From: Lama guanicoe | Lineage: Eukaryota | Reading direction: 5' to 3' | DNA: 64,000 nt | Assembly (NCBI GenBank): GCA_013239625.1 | Contig: MU054212.1 | Location: 7,724,270-7,788,269, forward strand | Part shown: piece by piece, positions 12,150 through 26,269 of the stretch | Position numbering within the stretch: the first letter of the stretch is position 1 | Layout of the letters: each line of letters starts with the position of its first letter | Notes under the pieces: generated by a model | Told to the model about the DNA's origin: nothing | Seen by the model: only the letters and a program-made list of their open reading frames with translations | The model's database searches: none | Made by a program: the position numbers and the translations under genes

Positions 12150-13940
12150 TGAACCCAGATGGAAACACGGTTTGTGGCATAATGAAACAGAGAGCCACAA
12201 CTCTAAGTGACTTCAAAGCATGATAATATAGCTCAGCTATAACCTAAGACAAAAAGAACTGCAAAAATAATAATAATTCAACAGTTTTAAGCAATCATAG
12301 TGCTGGTGGAAATGATGTGATTGGTATTCCGAAATTGTTACCTATTTTTTTGGACTACAAGACAAAATTACACAATGCTCTATTCATATTCCCAGTGAAC
12401 TTGAGACCTAGCATTTTGTGCAGGAGGAAAGTAATTCAAACGAAGATCCAAATTTGAATTGAAAGTATAGACAAGAACTCATGATGTATTTTATATTTCT
12501 TTCCTCTGAATGCTGCCACTGGAAAGGCCTAGACACAATGAGCACACCAATGACAACAAATACATCTAGTGCTTAGATTTTGATTTTCAAAAACCATTTT
12601 CCAATTAGAAAAGAAAAAAGAAAAAGAAAAGAAACAGGGGTCCTTGAAGATGGGGCTTATTCCAGATCTGGGACCAGATATGCACAAGATGAGTGTGAAA
12701 TACCAGATAGTAAGAAAATGATCAGAGACTACTAGGGTCATGTTAAGACTTGTAGCCAACATGAAGGAGCTCCCACTGGCCAAAAATGGGACAATTTGAT
12801 TCTCATTAAGGATAATAATTGATAATAATAATAAATATCAATATATTTAAAGTCACAAATTCGAAGTGATATTAAAATAAACTAATTGGTCACCCCTGGA
12901 GGATACAGTAAATCAACTCGATATTTTAGAAACAGTGAAGAAGTCAAAAGAATTAAGCATTTCTCCTGCCATCCTAATGTGAATTGTACCACCTGATAAC
13001 GAAATAGTAGATGAGGGAAAACTTTGCTTTGGGGTTTTTTTAACAGAAAGATTCTAGTCAATAAATGAAGCGTAAACAATAGAATGTAACTATTACTATT
13101 TTGCAACTCCAGATGGATCTAGGCTTTGAGAATCAATGGCTACTAATTTACTATAAGAGAGCAACTAGAGATTAGATGTTTTGTGTGGTGTGTGTGTGTG
13201 TGTGTGTGTTGGTTTCATATTTTTTATTTTTATTTTTTTAACATTTTTTCTTATTAAGTTATAGTCAATTTACAATGTTGTGTCGATCAGATGTTCCTTT
13301 CCTTTTTGTTTTTAATAATAACTGAACATTTGTAACTTTTTACCACCTTCACCTGTGAGTGAAGGTAAACGTACCTTGATGTTAGCTTACACCACCACCT
13401 ATGACATGGTCTTTACAAATAAAACACAACTAACCTGATTCTGATAAAGCCCTTACCACTTTCCAACTGCTAATTTATAGGAAACAGATATTGAGAGAGG
13501 TATGTTATAAAACACGAGGGAGATGCAAACAGCAGATTTCACATTGTGGGAAATTCTTCACACACACTGACTCTGTGTCCTCCACAAAGTGCAAGAGAAC
13601 AAAGAGAAATGAGTGAGGAACCCATGGATTAAAAGAGAATAAAGACATGATGATCAATTGAAATGTACAGATCTTCATTCAAACTCTTCAGAAAGTAATA
13701 TAAGACGATGGGAAATTTGAACACTACATATTTGATGATATTACGGAATCATTACTTTTTTAAAACTTTGTAACAATGGGAGGGATGTGATCAAATGTTT
13801 TTATGGAAGAAGTGATATGATCTCTAAGATTTCATCAAAGTAATATGGCAAGAGAGCAAGTGGGTGGAGGTATAGATGAAATGACATTGGCTATGTGTTG
13901 GTAGTGACTGAAAGTGAATTATGGGTCTATGTGTTGGGGC
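12150..13940 (+). mobile_element. Old L1 3' region (L1MC-like)
   Basis: cccactggccaaaaatgggacaatttga and gggaaatttgaacactacatatttgatgatattacggaatc are typical L1MC 3' segments. Confidence 0.65.
13181..13284 (-). mobile_element. Very short, 5'-truncated young L1 3' end with a (TG)n-containing tail
   Basis: ttattaagttatagtcaatttacaatgttgtgtc matches the termini of the L1 copies at 54.1 and 57.1 kb; TSD gatYagatgtt at 13170-13180 and 13285-13295. Confidence 0.75.
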
Positions 13941-14339
13941 AAGAGTTTCGCCTGCACAATACAACCGGCGAAATCACTAGCCATCAGCTTGAACTTCGCA
14001 GTGTCCTCTTGCTAGAAAGAATCCTAGCTATGAGCTATGCCAGCGATGATTGGCACGGATCTACTCCATGGGGAATGAAATAAGTAGATTAGGTGGAATC
14101 TGATTTTCTAGAAGAGGATTTGGACCAAAATCAGGAAAGACATTTTTCTAGCTACTCTTAGATTAGAATCTCATTAGTACTGTAATTAGAAGTTGTGCCT
14201 GGCAGTGTCCTGGCAAGAAACAGATGAGATACTCAAAATCGTTTAGCTGAGGGGAGTTTAATAAAATGACTACTTGCAGAAGAGTGGGCAGAGGGACAGG
14301 GACCAAAAAAGAGGCAGGAAACAGTAGAACAACAAGGTA

Positions 14340-14520
14340 AAGAGCTCAGGTAGATCTCTGCTCTGCCACTGAGTCTCCATATAACCTTCAGTGAATTGCT
14401 TCCTCTCTCATACTTCTTATTAAAAATACTTAACCTCCCTGTGCCTCAGTCTCTCTATCTGGGAAATGGAAATAACAGCATTTATCTCATACTTGTAAGA
14501 GTATTGGCACGTAAATGCCC
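14340..14520 (+). mobile_element. MIR SINE fragments
   Basis: acttaacctccctgtgcctcagtctctctatctgggaaatggaaataac. Confidence 0.75.
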
Positions 14521-14569
14521 ATAAATCATGAGTCTGCCATTTCACTCCTCTATTTGCATGAAGAAACTG

Positions 14570-14965
14570 ACACAAGGATATTTATTTCACCATTATTTGC
14601 ACTCTTTGTTATAGCAAATAAATGGAGACAAACATTTGTGTTCACTGCTAGCTATGGAAAAATTCCTGACACACAATGTTGAGTGCATAAAATATCAGTG
14701 AAAAATATATGCTTTCTATGGAGCTCTATTTTTGAACTCTATTATAGCTGCAAACAGCAATAATATATTTATAGCTTTACCTATATAAAAGTTTCAGAAA
14801 AATTCTTGGGGAATATATCCAATCTGACAACCATAGTTATTTCTGCAAAGGGACTTGGATTAGGGGTGAGAGAAGATAGTCAAAAGAGCTTTATATTTAT
14901 CTGTTGTGTTTCAATTCTTATCAGGAAAATTTATTCATGAGACACTTGCATGATTAAAAATGAAT
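14570..14965 (+). mobile_element. Old L1 (L1ME-like) 3' fragment
   Basis: gcactctttgttatagcaaataaatggagac ... atagttatttctgcaaaggg ... A-rich end. Confidence 0.5.
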
Positions 14966-17900
14966 ATAGTGTTGAAAAATAATTCAGATTCACCTGATTC
15001 CAAAATCATTGCATGCAGATACTACGTATCAGAAAACCCTTTTCGTTTACCAGGAAAGCCTTTCCTCTGTGGCTACTTCTTTATTCACACCATAAACATC
15101 GTAGTGAGGTTTAAAATTGTTTTCACTTGCTTCCTGCTGGAGTTTTTACATTAATCATTTACTTCCCATTTAATGTGAGTGATATCAAGATACATGAACG
15201 GTAGCCATGATCTATGTCACTTCCAATCATCTATATTACTTCTATCTGTTGGTTTCAAATATTATTTTTCCATAATAACTAATACTAACATCCGGCTACA
15301 GTTTATAGTAACCCAACATTTCCATATAAATATTAGGGGTTTTAGAAACACAACTTAATAATTTTCCCTTAAAGAGCTGTAAATAAGAATTACAATGTGA
15401 GATATGGTGTTAAAAATCAGAGATGGGCAAAATAATTTTGACTAATTCACAGTTCAGGAGTGAATTAGCCAAACCTTCAGATGGAATCTGAAAAAAGAGC
15501 AAGATGGAAAGCAGATGAAATTTGGTGAGGAAAATACCAAATTGTAGTTAGATATCTGAATCTGTTTAACAAATTTTCTGAATAACATGATTATTAAAAT
15601 ATGTATGCAAATGTTAGAAAGTAGACAGCTGTTAATTGTTATTAATCGTTAATTTAATAATGTTGCGGAGAAGCGGAAAATGATTCAGTTGTATGTTTAT
15701 AGTCTTTTTCCCTTTGAGATCCCAAATCAGGGAAAGAATGTGTTTTGTAAACATCTATAAGCTTAAGGTTCATCTGGGGGCAACTTCCCAAACTGGGGTC
15801 CTGAGATTTACAAGGAAATGGCCTGATACACAAAGAGGACAAGCAATAAATCATTAAATCGGATGTCACCACAATTTTCAGCCAGCTCAGCTCATCCACT
15901 GGATGCTGAGGTCCTCCTTGGTTATGTATTATTAAGATAACCATTTGAAAATTGTAAGTCATATTATTTATTATTCATTAACTTTGACATCACTTTCATT
16001 TTATTATTAAACCGATTGGTTATTTTTACACAATATGTTAATATAATTGTATTATAGAATTAATAATGATATAGAGTAAAACTTCAGGTTCTTTATAATT
16101 TCTTAATTCTATGTCTTTTCAGTCATTATGGTTCTTTTATATTTGTCAACAATAATACCATAAAACTTACAGTTCTCACCTGGGTTCTCCCTCCACCCCC
16201 AGATAATTTTCCTCCACCAAAAAAACCCTCGAGTTAAGACTAATAATTTCAAATCAAATATACTTAAAAATATGACATTGTTAAATATATTTTAGAATGT
16301 AGTTAGTGAATTTTAGCAGTTCATAATCACCATACTCTGAGAAACAACTGATTTCACTAGGGATGAACTATATTAAAAATAGATATTTGATTTAGTTTCA
16401 CATGTGTTCAATCTGCTGAAAGACATTCGACAAATTCCAAGTCGCTGATGTAAGCAAATTTCAAAAGAATTGATTCCGCTTTGCTCTAAAACTTAAAAAA
16501 GATAAGCCGACTGTGTGATGCTCTCCTTGACAGAAGTCAGTGAGTACCATTCTAGACTAACTGGTCATCCTTCCACCTTCCTTTCCTCTGCTCCATCACT
16601 GGAATCCTGCATTTTCTCACTGCTGCCACCACCTCAAAGACCCCACCCCCTGCAGGCAATGTGGATAAAGAGAAATACTTGAGGAGGTAAGAACGCCTTC
16701 TTTGGGAACCTAATTATGACTTTGAAATATTTCTGGAAGGATTTTGTTTTTAGTCAACCCATTCTCAGTTTTTATTTCCCTCTTTCCATCCTTGTTTCCT
16801 ATCTTAAGCCCCAGATACCATTCAGTGTCTCTGGGTATTTTTAACAGGTAATATCAAAAACACACCACAAATTATTCGGAATGAATATATTATTTTGTTT
16901 TCCAAATTTCAGATAGATTATAATTTTCTTTTCAAATATTCAGATAACAAAAAAAAATACAAAAAAAAAACTAAAGCAAAAACACCTTTAATATTATTGC
17001 CTAGAGGCATCGACCATTAACATCTTGGTTGCAGATCTTTGCAGAGAGTGTCTTATACGTACATGAATATATATTTACATTTTTTAAACAAACACAGAGG
17101 TATTTTTTTTTTGAGTAGAACTTAATGATTCACTGAATATATTGCAATTTTATTTGCATGTAGATAAACATTGATTTACAAGCATCATTTTGATGGTATC
17201 ATAGTATTACATTATATATAACACATAACATTGCATAATATAGAATATGCAACATGTAATATACACATAAATATGAAATTTAACATATATAAGTTAAAAT
17301 TTTTGTACCTAAAACTTTAATTTAAAAAATTTTCCCCAACCTTAACGTTAGCTGCTAGAGGACTGGCTAAGTTTTACTTAAGTCTTCCATTTACTCAGAT
17401 CTGCAAACAGGCCTTCTCAGAATTATGCAGCCTCTGGTAGTAGCTACCTTCTCCTGCTTTCTGTTAGCATTGGGAAACAGAATTTACTTAGGATTCTGTC
17501 CCTGCCCAATTACCCTTATCACTGAGAAAATTTAGTATTTCCTCCCTTTGTTCATTCATTCAGTAAATATTTATTGATCCCCTAAAATACAATAAGTGTT
17601 GCTATCACGTTGCTGAAAATGGGTTGGCATTACATCTTACCCACTCACTTGTTACTAGGAATTCCCTGTAAGTCTAGAAGCCACATACTTGATTATGATT
17701 TAGAGAGAAGGTTAAAAAACAATGTGATAATGACCGGCAGGTAAAAAGCAAGGGTGAAAAACATCACCCAGAAAAGAGAAACCCAATTAAGAGGAGGCAG
17801 AACAATCCACATCGATGTAGTCAGCCATTTCTACACCCTACCAACATCCTTGAGTGTCTGGTAAGTGCCTGAAATCGTGCTAATTCTAGTGGGGATAAAC

Positions 17901-18049
17901 GTTTACAGTCAGGAGACGAGTGCCACGCCAGAGGTAAACTCAGAGCACTTACTCTGAGAGATCTTAGAAAAGGCAACATCCCATAAATGGGGAAGGAGGT
18001 GGTGAGAAAGGGGGTTCCAAATAAGAAGAGAGATGAGGCATTTGGAGAG

Positions 18050-18380
18050 TTAAATTAGTTAAACAAGGAGGCCAGTAGACTGAGGCGGGGGCTAAGGCCA
18101 TGATGCTTATATAAGCAAACCAAAATCAAAGTCTTTAAATACCTCAAGGTTAGAAAATTGAAACCTAAGACAGCCAATCACAAATGGTCAACGAGGCTTT
18201 AAGATGTAGCCAGTCCATCGTTTCCCCACTTCGCTTCCCTCCTTTCTCTGTGACAGTCTCTCCCTGAGCTCCTGCCAGGGAGCTCTCCTAAGCACTTCTG
18301 GTTGGCGGTGCCCCATTCTAATCAATTTTTGCTCAGATGAACTTAAAAAATTGTAATACGCCTCAGTTTATCTTTCAACA
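18050..18380 (+). mobile_element. ERV1 solo LTR (MER34/MER39-like)
   Basis: CCAAT box (agccaatca); 3' end cctcagtttatctttcaaca; agag on both flanks. Confidence 0.65.
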
Positions 18381-19060
18381 AGAGTTGGAAACTACTAGAT
18401 CTCTGTTTTACCAGATGCACAGGGTTTGAACTCCAAATGCAGTCACTATAGAAATGACCCAGCAGCAGAGGAAGGAAGTCCTATGAAAACGTAGGTGCAT
18501 GTTTGTTAATGATATATAGTGTCTGAGAGCTTTATCAAAAGAAGCAAGGATTTAAGTCTAGGCTCTGCCCTTTATCTCAGTTGAGTGGATCCTTGGTTTT
18601 ATCTACTTTACAGGATTATCATGAGAAAAGAAATTAAAAACCACGAGGTGTGTGCCAGCATTTCATAAACTGTTAAGGGTACCAATGTAAAATCTGCTAT
18701 GGGAAACACTGCAGGAGCCTCCTGAATGCTGACACCATCTAAACTACATATTAAAACTACGTTTAACACTGTGTATGCTGTTCTGACAACGTAATGAGGA
18801 AGATATGAGACATGCTAATCTATTAATCCAGTATTTTATAGCCCTTAACATTCATTTAAAATACTCTGCTTGTCCTCAGAGACTCTCCCTTAGACATGTT
18901 AATATAAGCCTAATCTTTCCAATTTAGTTCAGTTCTAGTTGAAAAAAAAATAACATACAAGGTAGAATAACATACATTAGACACCCATTAACTGAGATAG
19001 TATTTTATCATTCGGGTATATACATTCAGCTCCTGTACAGTCAAAATTCTGCTTACGATC

Positions 19061-19560
19061 TGTGTAGTCAGGCCATGCAAGATGGCCATTCTCTTGCTCT
19101 CTGTATATCCCTCGCTGGGCCAGTCCCAGCTTCACCTACACCCTACCCACGTGGCTGGGCCTCCCTCTTAGTCAGAGAACGTAATCAGTAGTGCCTACAT
19201 ACTTGCCCTCAGCCCCAGCCAGTGACCGTTCTAATCTTTACATTAGAACTACTCTCCTCTCTGATAGCTTATCAAAGGTTACCAAAGGAACAGTGAGGGG
19301 CTTCCGTGTTCCTCTGCTGGGTCCCCTGGCAACCAATGAGCCAACCTGATGTCAATTCCCCCCATAGCTGGTAACCTTCCCTTATCCTCCCTGGCCCACC
19401 CCACCCAGCCACCCATAGAAGACGGCTGTCATGTCCTGCCTGCTGTCGGCCATCCATGTGGGGTGTCTGTCGCTCCAAGACCCCCTTGCTCTGAATACGT
19501 AAGATCCCCTATCCAATAAACCACTGATGTCTCATCCCCTGACTCTGGGCTCTTTCTTCA
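19061..19560 (+). mobile_element. LTR element (probably ERVL class)
   Basis: TG start, GC-richer block, CCAAT (aaccaatga), AATAAA at ~19515 followed by U5-like sequence. Confidence 0.55.
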
Positions 19561-20234
19561 TAGTGTGACTAAAAGAAAGTCAGAAAGTGAATTTCTATCA
19601 AGCGTGTGCACACAGCTAGATTCCCCATGGGAGACTCAGGGATTCTGAGCTAAGTCCCTGTTGAGTATGGTGGAGAGATGGGGCTCTCTTCTTCTGCCCA
19701 GCCCCGACTAGGGGAACAAAAGTTCTATATTGAAAGGAGCATGTTGGGAACACTGAAGCAACAGCTGCCTTTCCCCTGCCTGTGAAGTGGAGGTTCATGC
19801 CGGGCCAGCAAAGCACAGAGGTCCCCAGGCTGCTGGCCCCCGGCCACTGAGGGTTCAGCCTCTAGAGTTGGCGTGTCACTCAGCTTATGGTATTGTTATC
19901 CTCAGCTCCAGAGCCTTGGCTCCAAGACCTCGCCTGGGGGGAGAAACAGCCACAAAACAGCTCTTAAACTCTTCCCAGAGGAACTGACTTCATTTGCAAC
20001 AGAGCGTGAGGAAGTCCAAGCCTAAAGGCGCTTAGAAGAGAAATGGAGGTTGCGGTGACCAGATATTGGGAGGATATTAAAGACAGAGGCCACACCGTTG
20101 ACCAGCTAGCTTTCGGGAGAAAATAGGAAATGGGACACCTTGAAGGAGATCTTCTGAGGTCAGAACAAAAACCAAACACTGACCTGGGAAACCATTTCTT
20201 CAAAGGAGCCAGAATTTGAGTATCATTTCTTCTA

Positions 20235-20435
20235 TAAACGTTCAGTGGAATTCACTAGCAAAACCATCTGAGCCTGGTGCCTTCTTTTCCCAGAAAGTTA
20301 CTAATTATGGATTCAACTTCTTTAATAGATACAGGCCTATTAAAATTATCAAATTTTTCTTGTGTGAGTTTTAGTAGTTCGTGTCTTCCAAAAAAATGGT
20401 CCATTTCATCTAAGTTATTAAATTTGTAGGCATAT
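20235..20435 (-). mobile_element. L1 ORF2 remnant
   Basis: ORF 20255-20593 contains KFNNLDEMDHFFGRHELLKLTQEKFDNFNRPVSIKEVESII, similar to L1 ORF2p KLENLEEMDKFL...LNRPI. Confidence 0.85.
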
Positions 20436-21035
20436 GTCTCCGGACTGTGACCTTCATAAGTGCGTCTCCACAGAAAGATCTTTCTTGGATCTTCAGCATG
20501 AGAACCTTGAAGGGTTCTTGGAAGTAATACCCGTAAAAGTGTGGGGGGTCTCCCCCAAAATGCAACCTTCAAGAATTTCTCACTCTCACACAAGTCTACA
20601 TTTGGCCTGTAAACAACTCATCAAATTTACTGTTTAAATCTTCCGGTGGGTGTATAGCTCCAGTGGCCTCTAACCCACATGAGTACATCTTGGCTGTGAT
20701 TCTCTATATTTGCCTGTGTCTTCAGATTTCAGGGTGATGATCTGCCCTGCAACCTCAACAATCTGATAAGATCTAAGAAAAGTCACTGCTTTTCAATTTG
20801 TCCAAGTTTTTTGTTAGTTAGTGTATTTGTTTTAATATATAAGAACAGAAGTGGTGGTAACTTCCAAGCTCTTTAGATGTTGGATCTGAAACAGGAAGTG
20901 GTCCATTTATTCTTTTTTATTGCTGAGTTGTATTCCATTGCATAAATATACCAGAGTTTCTTTATTCATTTTCTGCTCATGAATTCTTGGGTTATTTGGA
21001 ATTTTTGTCCATCATGAATAAAGCTGCTCGAACAC
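20436..21035 (-). mobile_element. Old L1 5'-end fragment followed by an L1 3' fragment
   Basis: gtaacttccaagctctttagatgttggatctgaaacaggaagt (L1M 5' end type); ttttattgctgagttgtattccattg (L1 3' type). Confidence 0.6.
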
Positions 21036-21852
21036 TCTTTTAACTGGCTGTTGGTGGTCATAGTCATCATTAATTCTAGAATTCTGGATCCAAACTAAAT
21101 AGATCATAACAAGTGAATGACCCATGGCAAACTGACTCTGACACTCAGTCGGCACTGGCGATTGGACATTCTCTGCAGAAAACAGACTTGGGCAGCATCT
21201 ACCTTGCTGTTGGTAGACTTCAGCCTGAGAACCATCACTTCTTGTAGCACAAGCCATGAATTCAAGCGGGCATAAAACTGTCTTATACTTTCCTAAAACT
21301 ACATATCTGTTGAGACACCATTTGACTTGGTAATAGCGTGTGCAGTCTTAGTCATTTCCAAGTGCACTCACCCAGTCAATAAAGATTTCACAGTCCTACC
21401 ATCCCCTGTCCCCAGTTTCCCTTCCTGATTCGAAGCTCTGGGGTGTGTATCGTGCCACTACCTTGGTGAGGAGGTGACACCTTGTTCTCCCCAGAGCTGG
21501 CACTTGCTGAGACAGACAGTTTCCTGAAGATGCCTTTACGTTGGTGTGCTTTCCTTTTAGAAAATTTACACACCATTTTATTATACTTTGTCAACTGAAA
21601 ATATTACCTCCATAAACCAGAACAGGTTATTATCAAATATCTGCAATTATTCTGCATTTGAAATTCAAATCACAGTACGCAGGCTGTGTGGAAAATCATA
21701 TCCCTCCAAACCTCAGGTTATAGCAAATTGTCATGAATACCTGTAGCCGATTCAGTCTGGTAGTGCTACATGCCTAACAAAATATTGTGCAACCAATAAA
21801 CTCATCTGCAATACATTATTTCAAGGTCACTATAGAATATGTTTTAATTCTT

Positions 21853-21940
21853 TCCTTTTTTAAATAGAGGTACTGGGGACTGACTAGAACCTCATGCATG
21901 CTAAGCACGTGCTTTACCACTGGGTATATATGCACCCCAC
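21853..21940 (-). mobile_element. tRNA-derived SINE of camelid type (more diverged copy)
   Basis: Homologous to 7300-7386 (gaggtactgggga...cctcatgcatgctaagcac); perfect 15-bp TSD tatgttttaattctt at 21838-21852 and 21941-21955. Confidence 0.9.
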
Positions 21941-22619
21941 TATGTTTTAATTCTTAATCTTAGAAATGTTAACTTGTAAGTGGCAGAGTTCATTTATTCT
22001 CAGTATAGAGAAAAGTCTCGTTCACTACCGTCCCCTATTAAGGGCTATACTCACTAAATATTAGTTGATTTGCTTTGTATAATCAGCCAATTGCTGCCTC
22101 CACACACCGCCCCACCTACATACATACTAATAAAGTTGGAGAAATTTTTAAATGCTACTTAAAGCACAGCTTCTGAATTTTTATTAGACTTATCCTGATA
22201 TGAGCGAGGCATAAAGTGTGAGCACCCCTTTACTAGGACAGAAAAATCTTACATTCAATGAAAAGTCAGTTCAGAACTTGTCATTAGCTGGTCCACAGAA
22301 CATGCAGGAAATTGGGCTTCATTTGAACTTCCTCGAGACAGTTTATGATGGTCAAACTTAGTAGATTTTTGGTCTTTATGAAAATTTATTTATCAAAAAC
22401 TTGGGCAACATGGTAAATATTAAATGAACCACATACGTTTTTAGATAACCAACTCATGCAATGGTTAGTATAGAGCTCATCAGATATTAGCAAGCATGAA
22501 CCTGCATTTTTGTGGTCCTTAGTTTCTTAAAATAGTGGAAGAGGTGAGAGGTGGAACTCCATCAACTCTAATACTTCTTGCCAGTCCAAAATTCTGTAGT
22601 TTTCACTTCAATTTCTCTC

Positions 22620-23300
22620 CATGGGAACAGAAGAGAAGGGAATGCCTACCAGGCAAGGGAAATGGCAAAAGACTAATGGCTGGAAAGTATATGGCATTTT
22701 GGGGAGACAGAAAGTCAAGCAATTTGACTACAGTAGAGGGTTTACTTTGGGATTAGTATAAAGTAAATCATGAAAGGTAGATTGGAGCACGGATTACAAA
22801 GAGCCTTGAATACTGGCCTAAAGAATTTGTATTTTATCCAACAGATAATGGAGAGCTATTGTAAGGATTCAGGCAAAGGTGAGCCTAATCATGGTTTTAA
22901 AAGGAATGATCTGGTGTTAACACTTAGGGATGGATTAACAGGGAGGGAGGCTAAAAGAAGAAAAATCAATAGAGGGGATGTTTTCTAAAATAGGTGTGAG
23001 CTAATGATGGCTTGAGAAGGGTGATGCCAGTAAGATTCGCTGAGTAACAGAAGCATTTGGAAAAAAGAATAGTGAAACTGGCTGACATGATATACAGAGT
23101 TAACGACAAGAAAGCGTCAAAGACAATTTCAATTTAATGTATGGAGAATTATATTTCCACTTAGTTCCAACTCGGAAAGCATATAGAAAAAAGAGAAAAT
23201 GTGAGTTCAGTTTAAAGACTTTTAACTTGAAGCATAAGAGGAAATGTGCTGTGTGCTGCGGAAACTGCAGGATGAGGTGAGAGGTCAGGGGTGCATCTAT
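22620..23300 (-). mobile_element. L2 LINE fragment
   Basis: gagccttgaatactggcctaaagaatttgtattttatcc...gataatggagagctattgtaaggatt, typical L2 body. Confidence 0.7.
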
Positions 23301-24169
23301 TTTAATTTTAAAACTTCACCGAAAATAATAAGCAGATAAAATATTAAAGTTTCAACTTGAACATCACATTTGGAAACTGAAGGGACCTGGCCATTCTTTT
23401 ATTTATCATGTTTTAAAATTACATTCAAATAGATTGGTTAGATTCTGCATTTCATCACGTCTCTTTTATGTATGTGCTTTGCTAGAACATTATAAGCAAT
23501 GTCTTCTGATTTGGCAGAGATTAGCTTAGTAAAATGAACGTTTATGATGAAAGGGAAATTTTTTTACCATTTAAGTGAATGCTCCCATTTAATATCTCCA
23601 ATAAAATGTAAAGTGTCAGTTTTCCCGGCAAAAGAGGTCTCTGGGTATATACCATGTCTACATAATATCAAAATAATTCTATTTTACAAACTTACTGGTT
23701 AAATCACAATCAAAGCCGTTATTTAATAATTTTTGTAGGTAAAACCACAATGTGATCTGCTTCCAAATCAGCATACGTTGATTTTTTTGGCATGTTAAAG
23801 AGGCTCAAAACATGTAAGTAATTAATCTAGCTTCAGTCTCCTCATCTGTGAAATGAGAAATTGGAATGATAGCTAAGCTGTCTTTTAGTTAGTAACATTA
23901 TATTGCATGCAAACACTAAATCTTGGGGAAACAAAAAGAGCTTATTATGGAAGTTGCCAGGTGTACTAAACTATGTGCCAGAAGGAACTCTAGCCAAGAA
24001 AATCTAAAATCGTGGGATGGTACGATTGATATTGTCCAGAATTTATTTTACACTAAGCTTTTTTTTTTTAATCCAGGAAGCTTAAAGGGTTCTGATTGTA
24101 GTAATCACAGTCTTAAAAGGAAGGGAGTAGGAGCAAATATTCTAAGCCCCATTTCGGTTGACACAGCAA

Positions 24170-24343
24170 GTCAACAGAATCTAGCAAAATGTCGTCCTCA
24201 GATCAGCAGCTTCAGCATTGCCAGAGATCTTGTTAGAAATGCAGCCTTTCAGACTCTACTCCAAACCGGCTGAATTAGAATCTTTATTTTAACAAGATAC
24301 ACACACAGGTGATTCCTACGCATATTAAAGTTTGAGAAGCACT
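24170..24343. mobile_element. MER5A-type hAT MITE
   Basis: cagcagcttcagcattgccagagatcttgttagaaatgcag...taaagtttgagaagcactg. Confidence 0.85.
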
Positions 24344-25955
24344 GATACACAATCCTACTGGATCTACACCCAGTGAGAGAGGAAATTTGTATCAACCACC
24401 TACAGAGATCCCACATCCGTCTTGTCTTCAGCTAATCACGTTATATGATGTCATCTGCCCTAATGTCATATGCTTAGTGAAAGGAGATCTAGGACCCTGT
24501 AGCTTGAATTAGAGTTCTGTAAGTGTGGTTTAGCCCATTCATGGGACCTTCCTCCACTCACTCTAGCCAAGGAACGCCGGGAGAAATTTAGTTCAAAAAT
24601 CTCAACCAAGTTTCTTCCTTATCTGCTGCTGCTTTCACCAGGGCACAAACAAAGTGCACTTAGAGAGCTATATGGAAGATACATATGTTTTTATGCATTT
24701 TACAACAAATGTTCCTTTCTTCTACAATTTTGCTGTAGAAATTGCTTTAAGTCATACACAAAGGACTATTTCTTGCCTAAGCTTCATTCACTAGGCTTTT
24801 TAAAAATACAGGGTTGCAATAATGCTTCAAAACAAGTAAACTGAACTCATTGAAAAGAGTACTTGTTTGATTTGGTAGGAAGAAGAGAAGAGGGAAGCAG
24901 AAAGAAATAAACGGTTTCTTGAGCATCTGCTCTGTGCTAAGTACCACACTAGCTGTTTTATATACAGAACCAGGGTCTCTCAAATGCTGAGCTTGAGACC
25001 TGTTCTCTAACCACATAAATATGGTGTTATATGTATAAATACATAGCCTTTCAATCATTTAATAACTTGCAAAATTCTATGTGTTAAAAAAAAAAGCTTT
25101 ATTATAAACTATTGACACTTCCAGGCATTTCCCCAGTTAGACACTATTAAGGAACATCTTATAAATATCTTGTTATTACAATATCCAATACTGCCTACCT
25201 TAGATCTCAAACACACCTGGAGATCTTATCTGGGTTCCTCTGATGTTACTGTTTATCTGATTGTGGTCCTTAAAAGTATCTTGGGACTATAATTGAAACC
25301 ATTTTGCAACCTGTGTTTTACCATTATGGAAGATGTCATTCCTTCATTCAATGCCTATCTCATGATGCTTCCTATTTGTCATACAACTCTAACAGCACAG
25401 TGTGAAAATAAGTAAGTAAACAGACATACATTAAATAATTATAAATCATGAAAAGTGCCCCGAAGGAGAAAAACATGAGACCACGATTAAAAAAACTCTC
25501 AGGAGATAGGTTTCTCTTCTGGTGTGGACAACAAAGATCCAATCAGAAGAACCAGCCTCCAGATAACAATGATACAGACTCTGAGCAGAATACAGGCAGT
25601 CCTCATAGAGCGCAATGCCTGTTAACTGAAACTCGTGCGTATCGGGACCTGGTCCCTGCTTTACACGGTTCTATAGCAGAGGTCCCTAGGCAAAGTCAGA
25701 GTGTGGTTACAGAGTTCACAGGTTTCAGTTAACACGTACTGTGCCTGCAAGGGTTGCCTGCTTAACAGAACAGCCATCTGACGGCACTGTAGGGTGGGAA
25801 AGAGCAGGTGGATACTGGAGGAGGTCAGTACTTGTGGAACGGAATCACGCAGACGCTCTTACCTCTTCTATAGTTCTTTGCCTAAAAGAATGCTTCCGGA
25901 TAAAATTCCTACAGAACATCTGCAGCCTTTCTGACCCAAAGAAACAAGGGACAGA

Positions 25956-26134
25956 TCTGAAGCCTTCTGATCACAAAACAGAAATGATAATTTTATGACA
26001 TGAGGGAGGGGTTAGCTAATGCTATGGTGGTGTTAATTGTTTTGCAGTATGTAAGTGTATCAGAGCATCATGGGTGCACCTTAAACTTACACAGTGTTAC
26101 ATGTCAATGCTATCGCAATAAAGCTGGGGGTAAA
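25956..26134 (+). mobile_element. 5'-truncated L1 3' end
   Basis: Ends caataaagctgggggtaaaaaa; 18-bp TSD aaagRaacaaRggacaga at 25938-25955 and 26135-26152. Confidence 0.8.
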
Positions 26135-26269
26135 AAAGGAACAAAGGACAGACTTCAGGGAAACTACAACTTTTGGAAAGTGAGGGAATAACCTCCACAA
26201 AGAAGAGAGCTCTGTTGGACAGCAAGGTTTAATATGCACGTAGTTAAATAAGTCAAGGAGCACGAGAAT

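Noticed and set aside
13946..13972. Hairpin tttcgcc...ggcgaaa as a possible ncRNA
   Set aside because: A 7-bp stem is expected by chance; no known RNA family recognised.
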